Made by a program: the position numbers and the translations under genes. Shown one piece after another: positions 52,651-64,000 of a DNA stretch of 64,000 nt (its first letter is position 1; each line of letters opens with the position of its first letter). The stretch spans positions 5,790,231 through 5,854,230 of the forward strand of contig NC_134033.1 in assembly GCF_964204645.1 (NCBI RefSeq), in the 5' to 3' direction. The notes beneath the pieces are model-generated. The model made no database searches, was not told the origin of the DNA, and saw only the letters and a list, made by a program, of their open reading frames with translations. The DNA is from Tubulanus polymorphus. Taxonomy: Eukaryota > Animalia > Nemertea.

Positions 52651-53694
52651 TCACGCTGTTTTTGTACTTCTAGAACACACAATATCTGCGGCGTAGCTAC
52701 GGAAACGTTTGTTTACAACGAGATACAAAATCACGTTCACTAGAGAATCAATTTTGCTCCCGATTTCGGCGCCATATTTCAATATATCGCGTTGCATTGT
52801 TCCGTGTAACCAAAGAAAATCGTAGTTCAACAATGCGAACATATTCGGGAATTCACAAAGTAAATGGGCTGTTACTATTGATATTGTGGTCACTAACGCC
52901 ACTTTATCGTTGTAACTGATTGCCTGCTGTGAACTCCTTGCCAACAAAGAGCGCCGTTTCTTTTGAAAATCTAATACGTTTGAACATAAAACGGCGTTAC
53001 CGATCAATAAGAGTAAGATGGGGGTGGCCGTACCGAAATAAATAACGATGGGCCTGGTATATTTGCCAATACGGAACGACCAAATATTGCTGTAATTGTA
53101 AAATGTCTCCGACTTGAAATATTGGCATACTTTGTTTTTCGTCTGATGGACCCTATACAGGAAATTTGGCACAGAAACGATTACGTTGAGACAGACGACC
53201 GAGACGATCACATTATTCACCGATCGTTTGGTCGTCCATCGTTTTACCTTGAAAATAAACAGAACGGTTAGCACTCTCTCGAACGTGATAGAGACTGTTA
53301 TCCAATTACGCGTCGTGTATAACGCGTGAACCAGACCCATCAAATAAATGTCGATTTGTGGAAGTAACAGGCTTTGGCGGATATAGACAAATCGTCGGCC
53401 ATATTGGAAATATCTGTACAGTACACCGACGCTGTATTCAGGGATGCTTATCAGTGAAAATAGTGCATCAAGTATTGTCAGAGCTTTCAGTAAATAATAT
53501 GTGGGCTGAAACGAAAATCTTCTCAGCACGACAAAACAGAAAACATTAAGAATTGTAGCGATGAATGAGATAGGTGTCGCTACGAGTGTGTTAATATAAA
53601 ACCGTGACCACGAGATGTAATGTGGTTGACATGTTTTATTGAAATCATAAACTAAACGTTCGTCTCGTAGCGGCCATATTCGTGGATAAGACAT
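52651..53694 (-). CDS. Intronless rhodopsin-class GPCR, FMRFamide-receptor-like (347 aa)
   Basis: LNVFCFVVLRR, LKALTILD, RNWITVSITFER, LLCEFP, DSLVNVILY..NKRFR; same subfamily as 28512-29531. Confidence 0.93.
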   Translation of the reverse strand: MSYPRIWPLRDERLVYDFNKTCQPHYISWSRFYINTLVATPISFIATILNVFCFVVLRRFSFQPTYYLLKALTILDALFSLISIPEYSVGVLYRYFQYGRRFVYIRQSLLLPQIDIYLMGLVHALYTTRNWITVSITFERVLTVLFIFKVKRWTTKRSVNNVIVSVVCLNVIVSVPNFLYRVHQTKNKVCQYFKSETFYNYSNIWSFRIGKYTRPIVIYFGTATPILLLLIGNAVLCSNVLDFQKKRRSLLARSSQQAISYNDKVALVTTISIVTAHLLCEFPNMFALLNYDFLWLHGTMQRDILKYGAEIGSKIDSLVNVILYLVVNKRFRSYAADIVCSRSTKTA

Positions 53695-54449
53695 CTTTAT
53701 GAAGCTGCCGTCATGTCGCTACCTTCACCATGGCTGTGTCGGTTTGGTGCCGTCTGTCACTGCCTCGTGCCACTGTTGCTATGTCGTTGATATCTATCGC
53801 TACCTCCTGTGGCAGTTTGACGCTATCAGTCATTCTGTCTCCAGGTCTAGAATCAATTTGTCACTTTACCGATTCCTAATCAAAAACTTCAGATATATGT
53901 GATTTAATGTTGCCTGCTAATGGAAGAAGTAATTTTTTTGTTGGTATCGATTTTAAAATGGAGGTGAGAACATTATAAGATCCTGAAATATACATTCAGA
54001 TGTGAAGCGAGTTGCAAAGCTATATTGGACGAGGGCAAGGTTAGGTAATAGAACTTGGAGGAAATCTACTTGGGCCAGTTGTCCTGGAAGTCTATAAAGT
54101 AGTTACTGTTTTTGTCGTAAACTGAAGGTTACTTTTAAGCTGAGTGGCTCCAAGTTGAAGGTCACACAGGAGTATGTAGCAAAAGGATGCATTCTGAACA
54201 ATGTAAAAAACCTTCGAATAAATACGTAAATTGAGTCAAATCAAAAGTTTTAAGGTGAGGATAGGAAGTTTCGAAATAACCAATTCACTTCATTCATTAT
54301 TGGTTTATTACAGCCGCATCCATACTATAAGCAGGGAAGTGTGATGAGTGTCACACTTCCCTGCTATAAGCGAGTTTTAGACCGTTCTAAACGGGTCCGT
54401 GCCCGGTGCAGGACCGATTTAGAACGGACTTAATCAGAGCGCGCGACTC

Positions 54450-54650
54450 ACCGTTTCTTAACTTAAGATGCCTCAACTATTCTCTTATTTTAAGCACGTC
54501 AGAGATATTTAAATATCGTCCACCCGTTTTCGAAGTCGAATTATCACTTCGAAATACGTTATCGGTATTGCTGCATGTGTTGGCTCGTTATAATTATAGA
54601 CACAGTATCTATTCTACCGCTGTCATCGTCGTCTTACATCAGACAATTTT
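54450..54650. repeat. Dispersed ~200-bp repeat, copy 2
   Basis: Aligns to 51430-51630. Confidence 0.75.
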
Positions 54651-55069
54651 TACGGTACAACCGGAGTTTGTTTGCCAATGAATTTACTGCCGATCGACGT
54701 GGCTGGCACTATTCATTCGCTATTTTTGCCTTGTTTAATGCGGCCATATTGGCTACGATAATTACGACGTACGCTCAGATGGGGCTGGGTATATGCGTGT
54801 TTCGTCGGTTTGTCGGTATGTCGGTTGGTCGGTTCGTCGGTTTGTCGGTATGTCTTGAAAAGTACGCAGCCGAATTACTCCTTTTCTAAAAATGTATCCT
54901 TGAGCGGGGAACTATTCCACGCTATACTGGACTTGGACCGATATGGGATGGACTCCCGTCAAAATCCGCCACCAACTAGAAACTTTGAGATTGTGGTTCC
55001 GTTTGTGTAACTTACCAGTTTATAGACTAACTAGGAAAATATTTCTTTGGGACTATCATTTATCGTAAG

Positions 55070-55888
<819 letters not shown>

Positions 55889-56996
55889 TTCCCTATATTG
55901 TTAACCATTATTATCGTTTGCTTGTTACCGTCACTCACTGATTATCGCCTTTCATGTTCCTTCCCTTGTCATTTTCTGATTATCTCTTAGTTTGTCTTCA
56001 CTTTTTAATCACTTTAGTTTGTGCCCTCTGTTTTTAAATTACTTTAATCTGTATTGCCCGTTGTTTGCTATTGCTTACTTAACTATTGTTTTCCAGCCGT
56101 TGTGTCATTACTCTAATCTATATTCCGTTTTCAACACTCAGTTCTTTTGTTTTGTTTTTGTATAAATGTCTTGTAATATTCTGCTGATCTCACTACGCCC
56201 GATGATGGCTAATAGTCTTTAGCCGAAACTGCGCGCGCTCTTAGATTCAAGTTTTGGCTGTATTTATTGTGGGATTCATCATCCACGGATATTGTGTTTT
56301 CTTCTCGACTCATTAAGTCATAATCCAGTAAACATATTAGTGAACGAGTGCCAGTGACCAATTATCATAAAATAAAGTATTTCTTTATTCTGGCATTGGT
56401 TTTTTATTTGCTTCACGAATTATCAGGGATACTTTTCAACATCATAATGCCATACGTAGCACACGTGCTTTACAAACAACATTTCCCCATGACGGAAGGG
56501 CAACAATCCCGGTTAAAAGAGAAAAACCAATAGGTTCCCCATTGGCTGTTGCACAAGCATTTTATTCCTCTCTTTTCAAAGTGAACTTCTGAAAAATATA
56601 CACAAAGCGTTATATGTTGGAATTGAAAGTATTATGTAATAAAATTAATCCGGTTGCATGTAAAACGAATAATTTTCATGACTACCTTTATCGGCAGCGG
56701 TACTAGCTCCAATGACCATAAACAAGGCCAAGGCGATGAACAGAGTTTTAGCGAACATACTAAAAGATACGTTGCAATGTTACATAAAATTAAAAAGAGT
56801 AACAAAATGATAGTTCCGGTGCTAAAATACGGGATTACTCAAAATAACTACCCACAACTTAAGAACTGGGTAAATCAATAATGGAAGAACTGGATCCACA
56901 GTCAAAGGAAGCCGATTCAACTGAAGTGGGTCAACATGAGATAAAACTCACACTACTTGAAACTGGAATGTGAAGCATTTCAGTATCGAATGATAA

Positions 56997-57214
56997 GGCT
57001 AAACAAAAATGATACCTTGTTTCTCCGCAGCGGCCGGGTCATTTTTGTAAAATACGATAACATTTATAAACAGTTCATTTCTATAGCGGCCGGGTCTGTT
57101 TAGTAAAATTGATCACGATTTTAAAAAAAGTAATGTATAGGGTAGATAGGCGGCCGGCCGGGTCAACATTTAAGCTCAGCAGAGCGGAGAAACAAGGTAT
57201 CAATTTTTTTAGCC
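56997..57214. mobile_element. PIF/Harbinger-type MITE
   Basis: TIR GGCTAAA..TGATACCTTGTTTCTCCGC with TAA target-site duplication; partial relative at ~12215-12290. Confidence 0.8.
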
Positions 57215-57999
57215 TAAAACAAACTGCGGTGCTGTACATACCTTGTCGTGTGTTTCGAGCAAACAATATCATACAGTATAGAATCCCATTCTTATACATT
57301 CTCAAACCGTACATCATATTCCCCCTGACAAATCATGTCATCTATCATCATAATTCCTTGCCTGCGCGTAGAGCCTTCCGCCATCTAACACTCTGGAATT
57401 AGCGATCCGAAAGTGAAAATTCAAACTCCACACAGCTGCTGTGCTATGCGGTAATCTAAAATTTTTTCTTACAAAGGGGATCTATCTTTTAGGGCCATAT
57501 TGGTCTGCCCTGGCTTGAGGTCATTCACGATTCTTACAATTCATAATCCGTTGTTTCACAACATTAAGATCATAAATGGATTATACGTATTTCAGTGACT
57601 CGACATAACTATTAATATGGATTACATACTAGTCACCGATATTACCGACATTTCAATTAAAAAGCAATATGTATCCGGGGTAAGACTTAGCGGATTATTT
57701 CGTACTGATATCATTAATCACCGATTCTTATTCAAATATCCCTAAAATGAAATACCAGAATATACATTATATGATTTTGACGATTCATAATCCTTTGTTT
57801 CGTGATAATAGGATTATGATAGGATTATATAGGTTTCAACTACTCGACGTCAACCATTAATGCGGATTATATTTCATTGATCGGTATTTTGATATATATA
57901 GATCTGTATCCAACTAAGTAGCTGATTATTCCATAGACTGATATAATCAATCATACTTTACATAACATATCGCACTATCCATAGGTCTATACGTTTATT

Positions 58000-58076
<77 letters not shown>

Positions 58077-58202
58077 GCCAGGGTCAGAATGTAATGGTGT
58101 AGAAGAGAGTTTGAAGTTGAATCTATGCGGGTCAACGATTAGTCAAACGGCAGTCTGGTTCGGTATACCAACTTAGGATTGATCGAAAAGAGGTGGAAAT
58201 CG

Positions 58203-58271
<69 letters not shown>

Positions 58272-58610
58272 CGTCCATATATATATATAACGTCCATGCG
58301 GTCGAAGACAGTGTTTAGAATTGACTAAATAGTAGTTAGTGGGGGCACGAGGATATGTCACTTTTATCTGTGAAAACAAATTCACGTTTCCAGGTTTTCC
58401 GTGAGGCTATCTTTTACCGTTAAACGGACATTTCCCCCAGCCAAAATTGGTCATATTTTGGCTGGAATTGGGAAAAATTGATTATTTGTTTTCTAAAGAG
58501 ATTATAGTGCCCTTATTCTAGATTATTTAATGTAATGATCTGTTTCAATAATAAAGTGCGTGGCTGGCGATGTAGTGTAATACGTAGTTATAGCGCATAT
58601 GCCATATCTA

Positions 58611-59502
58611 TGGGCGACAATCCCTGCCAAAAAGATAGCGTTTTGTTTTACGTACCGAAAAAGATAATTCCACGCCGCATGGACATTTTCGCGCCGCATA
58701 GACATTTTTTGTGCGCCCTGATGACATTTTTGTGCCGCGAAGTCATGCGCCAAAAAAGATGGTCAGTAGATGGCGCCACGTACGTTTAAGTTATGTCATC
58801 CTGGTAACCCGGAAATAATTCTTTCAGCGTTATCATTTTTGCTGTTTCGACGTTTCGACTAGCCAGTTTGCGGTATATTCTTAAAATGACGGATATTTTG
58901 GAAATCCGGAAATAGTTCGCCTGTTAACTAGAGAGCTTTGTTTTCTATCGGCTACAGCAGATCTCCTCACAGCGCATGTGCGCAGCGGAAATAAAAACAC
59001 ACGCTTCAGCTGTGGTGGATAGAAAACATTAGGTGGTGTTGATTTTCTATCCATCAGAGCCACAGATGCTCGTATTAATCTACAACTCTGATACGAGCCC
59101 ATGTGATCAGTGCAGGATAGTTCGACTGCTGTGGTGGATAGAAAATAGGTTTCTTTTCGATTAATTGGTTAATTGGTTGGTTTTTGTTCAATAAACATAT
59201 TCCAATTATTTCAAAAGTATTTTTGTGTGTATTATTAACTGGCAAATGAATCTTATTTCTTTCCTTTTTAACTATTTTATATTTTGAAAATTATTTCCGG
59301 GTTTCTCAGGAAGACGCAATTTATATGTACGTGGCGCCATCTACTGACATTTCGGTGCATGACTTCGCGACGCAGAAATGTCTTCGCGGCGTGGAAACGT
59401 CTTCGCGGCGTGGAAACGTCTTCGCGGCGCGGATTAGTCTTTATCGCGGCTTTATTTCAACACGTAACTAAACACAGTCTTTTTGGCGGGGAGTGTCGCC
59501 CA
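58611..59502. mobile_element. Fold-back non-autonomous DNA transposon with ~210-bp arms
   Basis: TGGGCGACA..GCCAAAAAGA and TCTTTTTGGC..TGTCGCCCA termini flanked by TA; GTCAGTAGATGGCGCCACGTAC mirrored at ~58762 and ~59327. Confidence 0.8.
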
Positions 59503-60699
59503 TACATATCTTCATACCTTCCCAACAAAGCTAGTGTAATCGCCCAGACATATCCTTCCCACCAACTTTTCGATGATGGTATAGTCGACACGTTGGCCGA
59601 TGAAACCGTGTTCTCAGTGTGTGTGATACTTCAATGCTTTGTACAATTTTTTCCCCAATAAAGAGTAATGGAATACAGACAATAAATACAGGATGACACT
59701 GACACCGGATCATATAAGAACTAGACATGGCAACCGTGGATTCGCCGAGTCAGCCGTCCAAAGCTCAGTAACACTTGCCCACAACAAAATGTTTATCCTT
59801 CTCATTCAATTCATCCCTCAATTCATTGGCCATCTTCCTTTGCTGAGTATCAGTGTTTGCGATAATCCGATCGATGATCTTTTAAGTTCCAGTATAACAT
59901 TTCACTGACACTGTAAAAGAGCTACATCCATTCATAATCTTATCCAATATGCATTGTTTTAAAGGACATTGGTTTGTAGGGTCTTCGAAAGCAAGACCAT
60001 CAGTCGCTAAGGACTTAAACCTAATGGTGGCATCGAGACTTGCCACGGTACGAAACCCTGCCACACTAGCCCGAGTGCGCAGCTACAGGGGCTGGTTAGA
60101 AGGTGAGCTTTATTTCTATTATTAGCCGATCAGAAATCCAGTTTTTAGTCCGCGTTTTTCCATTCATCGTTTATCCGTGAAATTTGCCTCAGTGATTATA
60201 CAACGACCAATCTGATCGGTGTCGCACATTTCTCCAGCAAACATGCGCATGTACATGCGCACTCGGGCCGGTCTAGTGTGGTGGGGTTTCGCGTCGCAGC
60301 TGAGTTTAGCGATGTAGTCAGATTTAACCCTAACCCTATCCCTGGAAAGACTTAGAAAGCCAAATATGGTGTGTTAATGCCACGCAAATTGATTTATTTT
60401 CAAATAACTACGCTACTTCATGTGTGCTCTGGAAACACTTAATAGTTAACTATCAGTTATTGTCAAGTTATTGATACAATAATTCGATGATATGGATTTA
60501 AGAGTAACCATTCGAAGAAAGAATAAACACTTTTTCTTCTGGTCAATTAACGATGGATAGTTTTATAATTTAAATAATAATTAATCATCACCAAATTCAT
60601 ACAACTTTTATGGTGGATATATCCACGTACAGAGGAAAACAGTATACATGTAAAATACCGATATCAGATGATATAATACCAGACAGTTGAATTAGGTTT

Positions 60700-62040
60700 T
60701 TCAGATATAATATCGAAAGAATCTTTGTGATTTAAGTTAAGTAACTTCATTTAAAAAACATTTCATACAATCCTGGAGTTTAGAAGTTCTTAACGAAAGG
60801 TGTTCAATAGATTTAAAAACACTAGGCTTTTTTCCAGTAAAATCTTCATGGTATATGTTTCTTCATAATGGAGCAAAAAAGGACAGATCATTATATGATG
60901 ATATTCATCTTCGATTTCTCCCAAGTTACAGTGTTCGCAAAATCTTTCATTCTTTCTCTACATTAACAGTTAACTTATATCGTGCACAGTAATGATTTAA
61001 TTAGTTCAAACCACGTTGTAGATCTTCTGGGGATTCTGCTAGTAAAACTGTATCATCAGCGTATAAAAGAATGGTAAGCTGTTTATTTCCAAAAATGAGA
61101 CCTTCAAAACCATTTTCGGTAATAAAATTTTCCAAGTCATTGGTATAAAGGTATAAAGGGCTGGAGAATTGCATTCGCCCTGTCTTACCCCTAAGGCAGA
61201 TTGATAAAAATTCAGAAAGGATAGGAGGTGTTTGAGTACTTTCTACGCAAAACTCTCAGTAATTTAGTTAAAGCTTTAGTTAAATCTATGAAAGCTGCAT
61301 ACAGTTTTCTTCCCGTACCCAAAGTATGGCTAATGACAGAATCCAAAACAAAAGATTGCTGCGTAGTACCAATACCTGGGCGGAAACCGGCCTGTTATTT
61401 TGAAATAATTTGGTAAGCATCAGTCCATTGATGATGCCCCGGTAATTATTTGGGTCATCTGTCTTACCCGATTTGAATAAAGGGACTATTATTCCCATCC
61501 TTAACTCATCTGGGTAAATACCAGAGTCATAAATTGCGTTGAAATAAATGGACAAGCGGGAGTAATAATATTTTTTTGTACAGGTGAACAGTTCCGGTAA
61601 AAACCCATCTATACCCGCCGCTTTGCCCATTTTAAGAGAGGAGATAGCTCTTATAACTTCGTCTTGTATTATGTTGTGTCCAAATCATGGGGTGTTTTTT
61701 CGACTGTATCGATGTAATTGGTTAATGAATATGTGGTCTAAATAATCATCTAACACTGGGTTATTTAATTTTTTGAAAAAGTCATTAAAATCTTCTAAAG
61801 TAGACAAATTATGGGTGGGACCTCTAGCACATTTGTTTTTAAGTAATTGTAAATGTATGTAGGAATTGTAAATAGATACTGTTACGTTCATACGTGATTT
61901 AATATGGTTTGGTGTATGGGCGGATGCAAACTTATCAAGATACCATGCTCGTTTCAAACAAATGACTTTGTCTAGACATTTCAAAAATTGTTTTCGATTT
62001 GGAATAAGAAACCGGTCACTGGGGAAAATCAAATTTACCA
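60700..62040 (-). mobile_element. Degraded LINE ORF2 (reverse transcriptase)
   Basis: GKAAGIDG..PELF, IIVPLFKSGKTDDPNNYRGI, QAGFRPG, LYAAFID, GVRQGECNSP, LLYADDTVLL, RFCEHC..IEDEYH; frameshifts and deletions. Confidence 0.9.
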
Positions 62041-63559
62041 CGTTTGTATTCGGTAATTAGTTAACTACTTCATTTTCGGTGTTTCGAGCGAAAATTTTGG
62101 AACTCTCCGATTCAATGAAAAGTATCTTGAACCAGTGTCAATCATTCAAGAAAAAAAGTAAACGCTGCGACTAAACAAATACCTGTTCCTTCGAAATTAT
62201 TTATATAGAGACCGCATCCAGTAACGATAACAAGATTGTTTAGATCCAAGGAATCGCTGAAATCATAATATAGATGCACGACACGCATGAACAATACAGA
62301 AGCAGAGAAAAATGCATAATGTCTATTTATTTTCGTTTGACATCGATAATTTAAAATATGTCTGCATCTCTGATTTCTGCACTGTGCAGCGATATTTTGT
62401 ATTCTGTACAATAGGGCTCACAATAAGACACGTATTGCCTAGGTTATCCCATGCTCCCTCGACATGGATTCGAACCTGATGGCATCGCTACACTCCGTCA
62501 CAGCACGAACCCCTGCCACATTCGACCAGGTGGGCGTGTTTACCGTACAAAAACTTGCGGCACCAATCAGCCGATTACTCGTTGTATATCTCTGACTGCA
62601 AACGGAAGAACTATTAACGGGAATTCTCGGGCTAAAACGAAACGGGATATCACGTACCGTGGCGAGTCTCCGAGTCATCAGGTTCGAATCCTTTCCGCAG
62701 GAGGACGAGGGACTCCATTTTTTCGCTTGGAACCATCGTCACATTGTTGGGTGACGATAGTCATAAATCATCGTTGCCATAATGAAAAATAAATCTGTCC
62801 TGTGCCTTGTCCGACACTCGGGTACTATTTGTAACGAAAATGAAGAAATTCCGTGATTTTAGAAAATTCAAATGATAATCCACCGGCGAAAAAATGTTTG
62901 TTTTGAAGATGTCGCCAAAATAGTAGTTCTCATTATTATCTCGTTATTTCTCGCATTTAACCCGGAATACATCGGAATATAGCACCGGCCGCGCCTGTTT
63001 AGTAGCTAATATACGTTACATGCTTCATTATGATCAAAATAAACGGATTGATTATGATGTTATGTGCAATTTAAATATAGGTTACAAATGTGCAGCAGTG
63101 TGGATGAGCAATTTTTGAACGTTTGCCGATAAAGTGTGTAAATGTGTGGTATAATTTGTGGCTCTGAACAGACGATGGGATTTACTATAATAGAGGTTTA
63201 ACTGCAGTTTGGGTCACCCTTCCACTACGTGGTGCTAGTAGTTCCAAAATTAATACTAATTACCAATTTTCAATTCAATTGAATAAAATTTTATTGAACA
63301 AACTCAAAATTTGCAATTCAATTCAATTCGTTTATATTGAACAAACCTCATATTTTCAATTCAATTTCACTTTATTGATCACACTTTCAAATCTAAATAT
63401 GACGTATAACACCCCCATAATCGAACAGCCAGTACAATTCATATTCGAAGGAGGAAAGAGCATCGTATCCTCAATTGATACGCTTTATTCACAAGTTAGA
63501 TCATGGATTAGGATAAGATTTAAGGGTTAGGGAACCAAACCGAAGGTTTGGAGACCCCA

Positions 63560-64000
63560 CTAGTGCACGAGCAGCGGGTTATCCCTGTAAAGAAAGTTTG
63601 AATTAATTTTTGTGGTGAGGCGTCTACGGGACATTGATGCCTCGGGGTGTGTTCGTGTCGAGTCGTCGTTAACTATCCAGTCTTGTTCGGCTGCTTCGCG
63701 GATCGGTCTCGTCGAGCCTGGTAGGTGTGGGAGACCGTACACACGAAAGTGTTGGTGGGTATGGTCGACCTGGTTGAAGTGGTTCGAAAATGGAGTCGAA
63801 TTCTTCTTTCTGATGCGTGAGACGTGATGTGTGACGCGTTCTCGTAGAGACATTCCAGTTTGGCCGACGTACAGCATGTTGCACTTGGTGCATTCGATGC
63901 AGTATATAATTTCACGGGTCGCGCAATTAATTGTCCTGCGGATCGCGTGCATTTTGTTGTGGCTGCGGCAAACGGTTGTTTCTTGGATGAGGGGACACGT
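63560..64000 (-). mobile_element. Penelope-like element, GIY-YIG endonuclease C-terminus (continues past the window edge)
   Basis: INC..IIYCIECTKCNMLYVGQT..LRERVTHH..SNHFN..H..REAAEQDWI; frameshift before the PRGIN terminus. Confidence 0.85.

Noticed and set aside
59531-59960. Coding-like stretch on the minus strand
   Set aside because: In-frame stops, no recognisable family or splice structure.
60326-60337. Telomeric AACCCT repeat
   Set aside because: Only two units, inside a MITE end.

Overview
AT-rich, intron-containing animal DNA, by inference from a lophotrochozoan invertebrate (FMRFamide-receptor-like GPCR expansion, MITE/SINE landscape); the species cannot be identified from sequence alone. 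Most ORF-track entries are spurious or exon fragments, so I rebuilt genes from GT-AG junctions. Genes: (1) a minus-strand gene for a short plakin-domain (spectrin repeat + SH3) protein at ~0.05-7.1 kb; (2) four rhodopsin-class GPCRs, one with two exons and a very long, internally repeated third intracellular loop and three intronless; (3) two paralogous genes (7 coding exons each, 243 aa) for a secreted astacin-fold + TSP1 protein that lacks the catalytic Glu (HAVTH), the third Zn-His and the whole Met-turn segment, yet looks conserved; (4) a secreted double-PAN/apple gene in a near-perfect 2.09-kb tandem duplication, plus a pseudogenised third copy. Mobile DNA: several LINE fragments, a Penelope-type GIY-YIG, many MITEs, SINEs and satellites, and a decayed Polinton/Maverick-type DNA polymerase B carrying a LAGLIDADG intein in motif C. 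The intein-bearing PolB and the conserved 'pseudo-astacin' pair are the two strongest leads.
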